The position numbers and the translations under genes were made by a program. A stretch of DNA of 64,000 nucleotides from an uncultured Chloroflexia bacterium. GTDB taxonomy: Bacteria; Chloroflexota; Limnocylindria; Limnocylindrales; CSP1-4. This document shows positions 53,462-63,940 of this stretch, one piece after another. Location of the stretch: positions 87,424-151,423 of the forward strand of contig CAVZVH010000019.1 of assembly GCA_963778645.1 (NCBI GenBank), read 5' to 3'. Position 1 is the first letter of the stretch, and each line of letters opens with the position of its first letter. The notes beneath the pieces are model-generated. The model saw only the letters and a list, made by a program, of their open reading frames with translations, was not told the origin of the DNA and searched no databases.

Positions 53462-55015
53462 TCAGTCGGTCGGGACGGGCTGGAATGACGGCCCGCTAGG
53501 TTGCTCGCCGGGCTCCTCTGACTCGATCGGGAAGGACAGGTCGAACGTCGCCTCGGGCGCCGGGACGAATGATTCGGTCGGTCCCTCGAATCCAGGCGCC
53601 ACGCCTTCCGCCGCGGCCGGCACGCCCAGACCGCCGGCGGCCACCGTGAGCGCAAGCAGCGCGGTTAGGCTGGCCACCAGCATCGACGTCGCTGCTCGAT
53701 TGGTCGTCCAGAACGTCCGAGCCGAGCCGCGCACGTCGTTGAGATCCAGGGGCGTGCGGTGCGGGAGGCCCGCCATCCGCTCCTCTGAGCTCATCCGATC
53801 CGGCCTGACCAGGCCCACCGCCAGAAGGCGACCGTAGTAGGCGAGTGGTGCGAACGTCGCCAGGAAGACGATGAGCTGCAGGGGACCGTCCAGGGCCAGG
53901 TCCACGAGCGACCGACGTGCCTCGAACGCGGCCAGTCCCGGCAGCCCGATGCCAGCCACCACGATCGCGCCGAACGCGACGCCCAGGACGGGCGCACGGA
54001 TCGCCCACCCGCGCAGTTCGGGGATCCGCCCGGTCCCGAAGGTCGCCCGGAGGGAGGCGGCCCAGGCCGCGAACGCACTGCGGGTCACGACGTAGGCGAG
54101 GATCCAGATCCGAGCGGGCTCCCAAGCCGCGGTACTGAGCGCCGCGACCGCCAGCATGACCACGCCGGTGTCGCCGATGATCGAGTACCCGACTACGTGC
54201 TCCAGGTCGTCCTGGATCCAGGCGGCGAACGCCGAGAGCACGATCGAGGCGACGCCGATCGCGACGATGACGGTGCGCTCGTTGTCCATCTCCACGAGGA
54301 GCGGGGCGATGGACGCGTCGGCCCAGGCGAGCGCGACCACGGCGAACGCCGCCGGACCCCATGCGGTCACCACAGGGAGTGCCGCCTCTGGCACCGCGTC
54401 GGTCAGCCTGGCGGCCCAGACGTGGAACGGGATCGCCCCGAACCGGATCGCCACGGCCAACGCGAACGCCAGGTAGGCGAGGCCGAAGACGACCGGCTGG
54501 GCCGCCAGCTGGCTCAGGTCTCGCCCGATCCACGCGGTCGCCGCGATCGCCATCGCCCCCGCGACGACGAGCGGGCTCAGGGCACGGACGCCCGCGGTCG
54601 CCCCGATCCGGCCGCCGGTCGGGGTCAGGGTCAGCAGGACGCCGCCGAGCCCGCCCGCGGTGGCGGCCAGAACCGCGATGCGAGGGTCGGGCAGGGAGAG
54701 GGCGAGGCCGCCCCCGCCGAGCGTGCCCAGCATGACGGCCGGGGCGTCGCGACTCGACCCCGCAGTCAGCCCGACGATCGCGAGCGCTAGACCGACGATG
54801 GACCCCAGGATCAGGAAGAGCCGGACGTACTCCGACGTCGCCACGACGGTGCCGCCGATGGTGAGCGTCTGGGCCGGGTCGATGGCGAGGGCCGCGAGCA
54901 CGGCCACCGCGAGTCCGGCGACCCCGACCCCGTTGGCGATCCCTTCCCGCCCCCGCCCGACGAACGCGACGCCCGCGGCCCCGAACGTGACGACCAGGTA
55001 GAGGACGAGGCTCAT
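53462..55015 (-). CDS. NuoN/MrpD-like proton-conducting membrane protein
   Basis: AIRFGAIPFHVW, QDDLEHVVGYSII, GIGLPGLAAF; many TM helices. Confidence 0.75.
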   Translation of the reverse strand: MSLVLYLVVTFGAAGVAFVGRGREGIANGVGVAGLAVAVLAALAIDPAQTLTIGGTVVATSEYVRLFLILGSIVGLALAIVGLTAGSSRDAPAVMLGTLGGGGLALSLPDPRIAVLAATAGGLGGVLLTLTPTGGRIGATAGVRALSPLVVAGAMAIAATAWIGRDLSQLAAQPVVFGLAYLAFALAVAIRFGAIPFHVWAARLTDAVPEAALPVVTAWGPAAFAVVALAWADASIAPLLVEMDNERTVIVAIGVASIVLSAFAAWIQDDLEHVVGYSIIGDTGVVMLAVAALSTAAWEPARIWILAYVVTRSAFAAWAASLRATFGTGRIPELRGWAIRAPVLGVAFGAIVVAGIGLPGLAAFEARRSLVDLALDGPLQLIVFLATFAPLAYYGRLLAVGLVRPDRMSSEERMAGLPHRTPLDLNDVRGSARTFWTTNRAATSMLVASLTALLALTVAAGGLGVPAAAEGVAPGFEGPTESFVPAPEATFDLSFPIESEEPGEQPSGPSFQPVPTD

Positions 55016-55722
55016 GGATGATCGAGCGGGTGGGCGTACGGCTCTCGCCGTGTCCGGTCGTCGGGGCGTCCCGACGGTCGTGCCGGCAGGCGGCGCGGCA
55101 GGAACCGAGGCACCCTCGTGCGGCCCTCGGGCTCCAGGGCGAAGCCCTCGGCGCCGTCCTCGCGGGCGGCATTGGCCAGCACGGCCACGGCCCCGGCGAG
55201 ACCGACGACCAAGCCGGCGGTCACGAGCTCCTCGAGCGCTGGTGGCGTGCCGCCGAGGGCCACCCGGACCAGGAGGGCGCCATGGGTCAGGAGCAGCAGG
55301 CCCACGCCGATCCGGACGATGTCCCGCCCCGTGACGAGGGGTGCGACCGCGAGGGCGGCCAGGGCGAACCCGGCTGCCTGGGCGAGCGATGGCCCGAGGG
55401 CTGGGGCGCCGAGGCCGTGCGTCCCGTAGCCCGCGATGGCCGCGGCGGCCGCGACGGATGCTTCGGCGGCCCAGCCGAGACGCGAACCGCCCGTGCCCCA
55501 CTCGCCGTCGCGAACGGCGATCCAGAGCAGGTAGACGGCCAGCACCGACGCCACGACTCGGGCGGCCAGCGCCCTGGTGTCGGCCATGGGATCGGCCAGG
55601 ATGGGTGCCCCGACGAGGACGACGGCGAGGCCGAGCACGGCCGCCCGGGCATCGCGGGTCGAGGCGGCCACGATGGCGCCGATGGTGATCGCGAGTGCGA
55701 CCCCCGCCAGCGCCGGATTCAC
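55012..55722 (-). CDS. Hypothetical multi-pass membrane protein (HyfE-like size and position)
   Basis: About 7 hydrophobic segments; 4-bp overlaps with both neighbours. Confidence 0.7.
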   Translation of the reverse strand: MNPALAGVALAITIGAIVAASTRDARAAVLGLAVVLVGAPILADPMADTRALAARVVASVLAVYLLWIAVRDGEWGTGGSRLGWAAEASVAAAAAIAGYGTHGLGAPALGPSLAQAAGFALAALAVAPLVTGRDIVRIGVGLLLLTHGALLVRVALGGTPPALEELVTAGLVVGLAGAVAVLANAAREDGAEGFALEPEGRTRVPRFLPRRLPARPSGRPDDRTRREPYAHPLDHP

Positions 55723-56321
55723 GGCGCGTCCGGCGCCAGCTCCGGGTAGGTCGGCGTCGACAGGATCCCGAACGTCTCGGCTGGCCAGTAGCGCAGCCAT
55801 GCCCGGCCGATCACGTTGTCCACCGGGACGGAGCCGAAGGCCCGAGAGTCCGCGGAGTTCGAGCGGTGATCGCCCATCAGGAAGAGTTCGCCCTCCGGGA
55901 CGGTCCAGTCGTTCTGGTCCGGGTCGGCGTCGGTCGGTTCCGGTTCGCCGCCATCGACACCCGCGAAGAGGTATGGCTCGGGGATGGCCACGTCATTGAC
56001 GTAGACCTGGCCGTCCTCGCGGACCTCGATCGAGTCGCCGCCCACGCCGATGACGCGCTTGATGAACGGCGTGTTGTCGGGCTGGACCCAATCCTCCGGC
56101 GGATGGAACACGACGATGTCGCCCCGCTTGTAGGTGTCGATCCGGGGCGTCAGCTTGTCGACCAGCACGTACTCACCGGGCTCCAGCGTCCGCTCCATCG
56201 ACTGTTGCTTGACCTGGTAGGGCTGGGCGACGAAGGTCTGGATGACGAAGAAGATGACGAGCGTGAGGACGAGCGTCTCGACGATCTCGAGGAGACACCC
56301 GAGCGCGGGTCGTCCGCTCAC
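55719..56321 (-). CDS. lepB: Signal peptidase I
   Basis: QSMERTL, RGDIVVF, FIKRVIG, MGDHRSNSADSR. Confidence 0.95.
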   Translation of the reverse strand: MSGRPALGCLLEIVETLVLTLVIFFVIQTFVAQPYQVKQQSMERTLEPGEYVLVDKLTPRIDTYKRGDIVVFHPPEDWVQPDNTPFIKRVIGVGGDSIEVREDGQVYVNDVAIPEPYLFAGVDGGEPEPTDADPDQNDWTVPEGELFLMGDHRSNSADSRAFGSVPVDNVIGRAWLRYWPAETFGILSTPTYPELAPDAP

Positions 56322-56420
56322 GAGATGGGTCGGTGGCTCACAAGTCCGGCAGTATAGGGGCTGTCCGGCCTGACCGCCGTCGGCCGGAACCGCGCTGCAT
56401 ATCCTCTCGAACGCCCGAGT

Positions 56421-56450
56421 TTGACCCGCCGTTTCGGGCCTTGTTACACT
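56421..56450 (+). promoter_or_regulatory. Putative sigma-70 promoter of hppA
   Basis: TTGACC-N18-TACACT with extended TG. Confidence 0.55.
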
Positions 56451-56598
56451 CGCCGCCGGCCTGCAAGGTCCCAGCCGTCGGTGCATGCCATCGGGACCAG
56501 AAGCAGCACTCCCCGGTTCGCCCGTCCCGAGTGGCGCATGCCACGAGCCGGGGACGGCATCGGGTCAACAGCCCAATGGTGGAGGACCTTCTGACCTG

Positions 56599-58834
56599 AT
56601 GGATGCCAGTGCGCTCCAGTTGATCATCCTGCCGGCCGGCATCATCGCGATCCTGTTCGCGATCTACCTCGCTCGCGACGTCCTCGCTCGGGACACGGGG
56701 ACCACCGAGATGCAGGCCGTCGCCGGCACGATCTTCGAAGGCGCGGTCGCCTTCATCAAGCGCCAGTACACGACGATCTTCATCCTCGCGGTCGTCGGCG
56801 CGGTGGCCATCGGTGCGCTGATCACCGTGGTCGAGACCCCGGAGGTCGCAGACGTCCCGTCGATGGCCGGCCTGCCGATCGGGCTCATGACGGCCTTCGC
56901 CTTCTTCGTCGGGGCGCTGTGCTCGATGGCGTCGGGCATCATCGGCATGTTCGTCGCCGTCAGGGCCAACGTCCGGACGGCGTCAGCGGCCCGGCGCAGC
57001 CTCGTCGAGGCGGTCCAGGTCGCGATGCGCGGCGGGGCGGTCTCCGGCTTCCTCGTCGTCGCCCTGTCGCTCCTCGGCGTGTGGGCCATCTTCACCCTCT
57101 ATTCCACGGCCATCGGCGACGTGACCGTCAAGGAGGCGCCGTTCCTCATCGTCGGCTTCGGGTTCGGGGCGTCGTTCGTGGCCCTCTTCGCTCAGCTCGG
57201 TGGCGGCATCTACACCAAGGCCGCGGACGTCGGCTCGGACCTCGTCGGCAAGGTCGAGAAGGGCATCCCCGAGGACGACCCCCGCAACGCGGGCGTCATC
57301 GCGGACCTCGTCGGCGACAACGTCGGCGACTGCGCCGGCCGTGGCGCGGACCTGTTCGAGTCGACGGCCGCCGAGAACATCGGCGCGATGATCCTCGGGG
57401 TTGCCGTCTACAGCATCGCCGTGGCCGCCGGATGGCCCGACCCGGAGGCGTGGATCTTCTTCCCGCTCGTCGTGCGAGCCTTCGGCCTCCTGGCGACGAT
57501 CGTCGCGATCTTCTTCGTCCGCGGCAAGGAGACCGAGGACCCGATGAGCATGCTCAACCGCGGCTACTGGGTCACGACCCTGCTATCCGTGGTCGGGCTG
57601 GGCATCACGACCGCCGTGATGATGAACACCAATGGCGGGGTCGGGAACGCGTTCGCCCTGCCGACCTGGGTGTACTTCTTCGCCGCCGGCATCGTCGGCC
57701 TGGTGACGAGCGTCGCGTTCGTGTACATCACCCAGTTCTACACGGCCGGCTCGTTCCGCCCGGTGCGCGAGATCGCCGAGGCCAGCAAGACCGGCCCGGC
57801 GACCAACATCATCAGCGGCACCGCGGTCGGCTTCGAGACGACCCTGGTCACCGCCGTGACCATCTCGATCGCCCTGTTCACCAGCTTCTGGCTGGGCGAA
57901 CGAGGCAAACCTCATCAGCGCGGACGGCCGCAATGTCGGTGGCGTCTTCGGTACGGCGGTCGCAACGATGGGCATGCTCATGACCACGGCCTACATCCTG
58001 GCCATGGACACCTTCGGCCCGATCACCGACAACGCCGGTGGCATCGCCGAGTTCAGCCGTGCCGAGGCCGGCGCGCGCGAGATCACGGACCGCCTTGACG
58101 CGGTCGGCAACACGACCAAGGCGCTGACCAAGGGCTATGCGATCGCCTCGGCGTCGCTGGCTGCGTTCCTGCTGTTCTCCGCCTACATCGACAAGATCAA
58201 CGTCATCCAGGGCCGTCGGATCGAGGCCGGCGTGCCGGGCGCTCAACTGCTGGAGTCGGTCAACCTCGCCAACGTCAACGTGTTCATCGCGGCGCTCATC
58301 GCGGCGATGCTCGTGTACTTCTTCAGCTCGCTCGCCATCAGAGCGGTCGGCACGACGGCCCAGTCGATCATCGTCGAGGTCCGTCGTCAGTTCCGCGAGA
58401 TGCCCGGGATCATGGACTACAGCCAACGTCCCGACTACGCCCGCGTCGTGGACATCACGACCAAGGCAGCGCTCCGGCAGATGGTCGCCCCGGGTCTCGT
58501 CGCCGTCGCGACGCCGATCATCGTCGGCGTGCTCCTCGGCTACGAGGCGGTGGCCGGCATGCTCATGGTCGGCACCATCTCGGGCGTCCTGCTCGCCACC
58601 GTCCTCAACAACGGCGGCGGTGCCTGGGACAACGCCAAGAAGTACATCGAATCGGGCCAACTCAAGGACGACGAGGGGAACGTGCTCGGCAAGGGCTCGG
58701 AGGCCCATGCCGCGGCCGTCGTCGGCGACACCGTCGGCGATCCGTTCAAGGACACCGCTGGCCCGTCCCTGCACGTCCTCGTAAAGCTGCTGGCGACGAT
58801 CACCCTCGTCCTAGCTCCGTTGTTCATCCGCTAG
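56599..58834 (+). CDS. hppA: Membrane pyrophosphatase, K+-independent type (frameshift near 57905)
   Basis: GGGIYTKAADVGSDLVGKVE, PEDDPRN, DNVGDCAG, GNTTKA (Lys determinant), GGAWDNAKK, GDPFKDTAGP. Confidence 0.95.
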
Positions 58835-58969
58835 CGCCGAGGCGACTGACGGCCCATGCCGGCGTTGCCTCGTCCGCTCCCTCGCTCACGCACCTGCAGG
58901 TGCGCTCGCTCGGGTGCTCCGCGGCGCCTTGGCCTGCGCTCGTCATCCGCCTCGGCGAGGTTCTGAGTC

Positions 58970-59797
58970 ATGGACCTGTTGTTCCAGGCCTTGATCATGG
59001 GGATCGTGCAGGGACTCACCGAGTTCCTGCCGGTGTCGTCCTCGGCCCATCTCATCATCGTGCCGTTCCTGTTCGGCTGGGACGACACCTTCATCGACTC
59101 CCTCCAGTTCGGGGTCATGCTCCACCTCGGAACGCTGGCCGCGCTGCTCATCTACTACCGCCAGGACTGGCTCCGGATCGTGCCGGCCGGCTTCGCGACC
59201 ATCCGCGATCGGTCGTTCCGGGACGATCCGGACCGGCGCCTGGCCTGGCTGATCTTCGCGGCCACGGTCCCGGCGGCCATCGTCGGCGCGACGTTCAACA
59301 ACGTCATCGAGACCTCGTTCCGTGAGATCGGCCTGGTCGTCGTGATGCTCGTCGTCGGCGCCGTCATCCTGTGGCTTGCGGATCGCTGGGGCGGGACATC
59401 CCGCCGCCTCACCCAGCTCACGTTCCCGACGGCGATCGGCATCGGGGTAGCCCAGGTGCTAGCCCTGATCCCCGGCATCAGCCGATCAGGCATCTCCATC
59501 TCCGCCGGGCGGCTGGCGGGTCTCGATCGCGAGTCGGCGGCACGATTCAGCTTCCTGATGGCGACCCCGATCACCGCCGGCGCGGTCCTGTTCGAGGGTC
59601 GGCAGCTGTTGACTGGGGAAGCAGCCGTGACCATCGACCTGGGACCGCTCATCGTGGGCCTCATCGCCTCATTCGTGTCCGGTCTCATCGCCATCCGGTT
59701 CCTGTTGGACTACGTCCGCACCCGCTCGCTCGATATCTTCGTCGTGTACCGGATCGCGCTCGCGGCCCTGGTCGTCGTCGTCTGGCTCGCGCGCTAG
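58970..59797 (+). CDS. uppP: Undecaprenyl-diphosphate phosphatase
   Basis: QGLTEFLPVSSSAH, PGISRSG, ARFSFL. Confidence 0.95.
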   Translation: MDLLFQALIMGIVQGLTEFLPVSSSAHLIIVPFLFGWDDTFIDSLQFGVMLHLGTLAALLIYYRQDWLRIVPAGFATIRDRSFRDDPDRRLAWLIFAATVPAAIVGATFNNVIETSFREIGLVVVMLVVGAVILWLADRWGGTSRRLTQLTFPTAIGIGVAQVLALIPGISRSGISISAGRLAGLDRESAARFSFLMATPITAGAVLFEGRQLLTGEAAVTIDLGPLIVGLIASFVSGLIAIRFLLDYVRTRSLDIFVVYRIALAALVVVVWLAR

Positions 59798-59817
59798 GCA
59801 GGCGGATCGTGGAGGTC

Positions 59818-60279
59818 ATGAAACAGCTCCGGCAGCGGGCGATCCGCGACCTCGTGGAGCAGCGGCCGCTTCGCACCCAGCAGGAGTTGGCGACCGCGCT
59901 GCGCGAGCGTGGGTTCCGGACCACCCAGGCCACGATCAGCCGCGACGTGGCGGAGCTGGGGCTCATCAAGGTGTCGCGGGAAGGGATCTCCGCCTACGCC
60001 CTGCCGCCGCGGCTGATCGAGGCCGAGACCTCGGGTGAGGATCGGCTGCGCAAGCTCCTGTCCGACCTGCCCCTCGAGATCCACGAAGCGGGCCTGCTGC
60101 TGGTCCTGCGCACGCTGCCGGGCTCCGCGCACGCGATCGCGGCCGCGCTCGACCGTGCACGGTGGCCGGAGGTGGCCGGCTCCATCGCCGGTGACGACAC
60201 GCTGTTCGTGGCGCTCCCGGATCGTGGTTCGCTGCAGCGCGTGAAGCGGCGACTGCTGCGATTGGCCGAGGGCACGTAG
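59818..60279 (+). CDS. argR: Arginine repressor
   Basis: TQQEL, TQATISRD, RTLPGSA, SIAGDDT. Confidence 0.95.
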   Translation: MKQLRQRAIRDLVEQRPLRTQQELATALRERGFRTTQATISRDVAELGLIKVSREGISAYALPPRLIEAETSGEDRLRKLLSDLPLEIHEAGLLLVLRTLPGSAHAIAAALDRARWPEVAGSIAGDDTLFVALPDRGSLQRVKRRLLRLAEGT

Positions 60280-60353
60280 TCCCGCTCGACGCCGCGCGAC
60301 GGCGCAGCACGACCGAACAGAGGCCGGCCGCCCGCCCGCACCCGCATGTCCCT

Positions 60354-60382
60354 TTGACACGCTCCCGCCCCGCGACTACCAT
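60354..60382 (+). promoter_or_regulatory. Near-consensus sigma-70 promoter of greA
   Basis: TTGACA-N17-TACCAT. Confidence 0.8.
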
Positions 60383-60396
60383 TCGCTCCCGGTTCG

Positions 60397-60450
60397 GAAC
60401 TTCAGGCGCGCGGGAACTGCCCGTCGCATGCCTGGAGTTCTTTCCTTTAT
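60397..60450 (+). terminator. Terminator/attenuator hairpin in the greA leader
   Basis: GAACTTCAGGC pairs with GCCTGGAGTTC, inner stem present, followed by TTTCCTTTAT. Confidence 0.7.
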
Positions 60451-60507
60451 CACCTGACCGCCCAGTCTCGGTCATCCCATCGGAACCCTCATCGGGGGCT
60501 AGCGGAC

Positions 60508-60972
60508 GTGAATAACAAGCCCACCTACCTCTCCCGCGACGGCCTGGAGAAGCTCCGCCACGAGCTCGACGAGATGGTCAGCGTCAAGCGGCCCGAGGTC
60601 GCCAATCGCATCCACGACGCCAAGGAGCACGGGGATCTCTCCGAGAACGCCGAATACGAAGACGCCAAGAACGAGCAGGCGTTCGTCGAGGGCCGCATCC
60701 AGACCCTCGAGGCGATCATCAAGAACGCGACGATCATCGACGAGAACCATTCGACGGACCACGTCCAGATCGGTTCGACCGTGTCGGTCGAGAGCCCGGA
60801 CGGCAAGGAGACGTTCACCATCGTCGGGTCGGCCGAAGCCAAGCCCGCCGAAGGCCGGATCTCGAACGAGAGCCCGGTCGGGCGCTCGCTGCTCGGCAAG
60901 AAGAAGGGCGACAAGGTCGTCGTGAGGGTGCCGGCCGGCGATTTCACGTACAGGATCGTCGGAATCACGTAA
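60508..60972 (+). CDS. greA: Transcription elongation factor GreA
   Basis: HGDLSENAEY, EQAFVEGRI, ISNESPVG. Confidence 0.97.
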   Translation: MNNKPTYLSRDGLEKLRHELDEMVSVKRPEVANRIHDAKEHGDLSENAEYEDAKNEQAFVEGRIQTLEAIIKNATIIDENHSTDHVQIGSTVSVESPDGKETFTIVGSAEAKPAEGRISNESPVGRSLLGKKKGDKVVVRVPAGDFTYRIVGIT

Positions 60973-60986
60973 CACCCGGAGAGCTC

Positions 60987-62603
60987 ATGGACTGGGCGGA
61001 CGAACTCGCGGCACGGGTCCGCGATCGCGGACCGCAGGTCGTCAACGACTCGAAGACCCCGTCGGGCACGGTCCACGTCGGCAGCCTGCGTGGCCCGGTC
61101 ATCCTGGACGTGATCGCTCGCGCGCTGCGCGCGAACGGCGTCGAGACCACGTTCCTGTACGGCGTCGACGACCTCGATCCGATGGATGCCCAGGCGCTCC
61201 TGACCCCCGATGCCGTAGAGCACGAGATGGGCCGACCCCTGGCGCATGTCCCGGACCAGGATGGGGACGGCCACGCCTCCTATGCCCGTCACCACGCCCA
61301 GCGGTTCATCGACATCTTCGCGGGACTCGGCATCGACCCGGACCGCTACTACTGGATGAGCGACATCTACCCGACCGGGGCGATGGACCCGTTCATCCGG
61401 ACCGCGCTCGATCGGGCCGCGCTCGTGCGCGAGATCTACCGTCGGGTCGCCAAGGTCCAGCATCCGGACGAGTGGCATCCGCTCGGCGTCATCTGCCCGA
61501 CCTGCGGCAAGGTGGGCACGACGATCGTGACCAAGTGGGACGGCGAGCGCGTGTTCTATGAGTGCCGCCCGGATCTGGTCAAGTGGGCCCGTGGCTGCGG
61601 CTCGTCTGGCTGGATCTCCCCGTTCGCCGGCGCGGCGAAGTTGCCCTGGAACCTCGAGTGGGCGGCCCAATGGTCGTTGTTCGGGGTGACCATCGAGCCG
61701 TGCGGCAAGGACCTCTCGACGGCCGGCGGCTCCCGAGATCGCAGCGACGCCATCGCCCGCGAGGTGTTCGAGCGCGAACCGCCACTCAACGTGCCCTACG
61801 AGTTCCTCAACATCGGCGGCAGGAAGATGTCGACGTCGAAGGGTCAGGGCGCCGCGGCTCACGCGATCGCCGAGGTCGTGCCACCGGAACAGCTCCGGTT
61901 CCTCTTCCTTCGACCTCGACCGAACCACGCCATCGAATTCGACCCGGACGGGACCGACGCGATCCCGCGCTTGTTCGACGAGTTCGACAAGTTCGCCGCG
62001 GCCACCGCAGGCCGCGAGGTCAAGGGCGAACTCCCGCCCGGCTATGAAGCCACATTCCGATACGCGTTGCTGGATCCCGACGCCGACGTCGCGGCCGAGG
62101 CGGCCGCATTCCGGCCGGCCTTCTCGCACCTGGCGTTGCTCGTCCAGATCCCGGGCGTCGAGGTCGCGGCGCGCGTCGAGGAGGAGAAGGGGAGTCCGCT
62201 GACCGATCGGGAGCGGGCGATCCTGGAGGAGCGGGTCGCCGCAGCGCGCGCCTGGCTCGAAACGTACGCACCCGAAGCCGCCAGGCTCGCGGTCCATCGT
62301 GACGCGATCCCCGAGGCCGCGGCCGGTCTCGACGACCCTCAGCGACGCTTCCTGGCGACGCTCTCGAACGCCGGTGAGCGGGAGGCGCCCGCGGGCGGCG
62401 ATGCATGGCAATCGCTGATCTTCGATGTCGCCAAGACCGACGCGCTTCCATCTCGCCGGGCGTTCGAGGCGATCTACCTCGCCTTTCTCGGCCGTCCGAA
62501 TGGACCGCGAGCGGGCTGGCTGCTGGCCAGCCTCGACCCCGGTTTCGTGACCGAACGTGCCCGGGAGGCAGCGGGCGGAGCGGCCTTCGGAGGCCCACCA
62601 TGA
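60987..62603 (+). CDS. lysS: Class I lysyl-tRNA synthetase
   Basis: TPSGTVHVGS, KLPWNLEW, EPCGKDL, KMSTSKG, GPRAG. Confidence 0.95.
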   Translation: MDWADELAARVRDRGPQVVNDSKTPSGTVHVGSLRGPVILDVIARALRANGVETTFLYGVDDLDPMDAQALLTPDAVEHEMGRPLAHVPDQDGDGHASYARHHAQRFIDIFAGLGIDPDRYYWMSDIYPTGAMDPFIRTALDRAALVREIYRRVAKVQHPDEWHPLGVICPTCGKVGTTIVTKWDGERVFYECRPDLVKWARGCGSSGWISPFAGAAKLPWNLEWAAQWSLFGVTIEPCGKDLSTAGGSRDRSDAIAREVFEREPPLNVPYEFLNIGGRKMSTSKGQGAAAHAIAEVVPPEQLRFLFLRPRPNHAIEFDPDGTDAIPRLFDEFDKFAAATAGREVKGELPPGYEATFRYALLDPDADVAAEAAAFRPAFSHLALLVQIPGVEVAARVEEEKGSPLTDRERAILEERVAAARAWLETYAPEAARLAVHRDAIPEAAAGLDDPQRRFLATLSNAGEREAPAGGDAWQSLIFDVAKTDALPSRRAFEAIYLAFLGRPNGPRAGWLLASLDPGFVTERAREAAGGAAFGGPP

Positions 62604-63940
62604 GCGTCGGCCTGCAGCGGCTCCGCGACGAGCCCGACGCCATCCGCCGGGGCGCCATCGACAAGGGCGAGGACCCGGCGCTCGTCGACAGGGCCATCGA
62701 GCTCGACACGGAGCGCCGCCGACTGCTCGGTGAGACCGAGGCGCTCAAGGCCGAACGCAACGCCGTATCCAAGAAGGTCGGCGAGGCGATCAAGGGCGGC
62801 GCGGCGCCGGACGGCCCCGACGTCGCAGGCCTCAAGGCCACCTCGACCGCCGCCGGAGAGCGGATCGAGGCCCTCGACGCCAAGCTGGCCGAGGTCGAAG
62901 CGGCGCTCGACGAGCAGCTCCTGCGCATCCCCAACCCGGCCGACGCGGACATCCCCGTCGGTGGCGAGGAGGCCAACGTCACGGTCCGCACGTGGGGCGA
63001 GCTGCTCCCGCGCGAGCAGCCAGTCGAGGGCGAGGTGGGCGCCGATGCCGCGATCGGTGGCGCCACGTGGACGCGCAAGCCCCACTGGGAGCTCGGCGAG
63101 GCCCTCGACATCCTCGACAACGCGCGGGGCGCGAAGATCACCGGTTCCGGGTTTCCCGTGTACAAGGGCGCCGGGTCCGCGCTGCAGCGTGGCCTCATCA
63201 ACTGGTTCCTCGATGTCCACACTCGGGAGCACGGGTTCACCGAGATCTGGCCGCCGGCCCTCGTCAACGCCGACAGCGCCCGCGGGACGGGGCAGATCCC
63301 GGACAAGGAAGACCAGATGTACGTCGTGACGCGCGACGACCTGTACCTGGTCCCGACGGCCGAGGTGCCGGTCACGAACCTTCACCGCGACGAGATCTTC
63401 GACAACGCGGACCTGCCCATCCGATATGCCGCCTACTCCCCGTGCTTCCGGCGTGAGGCCGGTGCGGCCGGTAAGGACACTCGCGGGATCCTGCGGGTGC
63501 ACCAGTTCGACAAGGTGGAGATGGTCCTGTTCGAGCGCCCTGAGGACTCGGCGGCCGCCCTCGAATGGATGACCGAGCGGGCCGAGGTCTTGCTCCAGCG
63601 CCTGGGGTTGGCCTACCGTGTGCTCCTGATGAGCACCCGCGAGATGGGGTTCACCCAGGCCCGCAAGTACGACCTCGAGGTCTGGTCGCCCGGCGTCGAA
63701 CGCTGGCTCGAGGTCAGCTCCTGTTCGAACTTCCGCGACTTCCAGGCGCGCCGGATGGCGATCCGCTATCGGCCGGAGCCGGGCGCCAAAGCGGAGCTCG
63801 TGCACACGCTCAATGGTTCGGGCCTCGCGCTCGCCCGGGTCGTGGCCGCGCTTCTCGAGACATATCAGCAGCCCGACGGCAGCATCATCGTGCCCGACGT
63901 CCTGCGCCCCTACCTGGGTCGTGAGGTGATCGAACGATGA
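62600..63940 (+). CDS. serS: Seryl-tRNA synthetase
   Basis: PTAEVP, CFRREAG, RVHQFDKVE, EVSSCSN, HTLNGSGLA. Confidence 0.97.
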   Translation: MSVGLQRLRDEPDAIRRGAIDKGEDPALVDRAIELDTERRRLLGETEALKAERNAVSKKVGEAIKGGAAPDGPDVAGLKATSTAAGERIEALDAKLAEVEAALDEQLLRIPNPADADIPVGGEEANVTVRTWGELLPREQPVEGEVGADAAIGGATWTRKPHWELGEALDILDNARGAKITGSGFPVYKGAGSALQRGLINWFLDVHTREHGFTEIWPPALVNADSARGTGQIPDKEDQMYVVTRDDLYLVPTAEVPVTNLHRDEIFDNADLPIRYAAYSPCFRREAGAAGKDTRGILRVHQFDKVEMVLFERPEDSAAALEWMTERAEVLLQRLGLAYRVLLMSTREMGFTQARKYDLEVWSPGVERWLEVSSCSNFRDFQARRMAIRYRPEPGAKAELVHTLNGSGLALARVVAALLETYQQPDGSIIVPDVLRPYLGREVIER

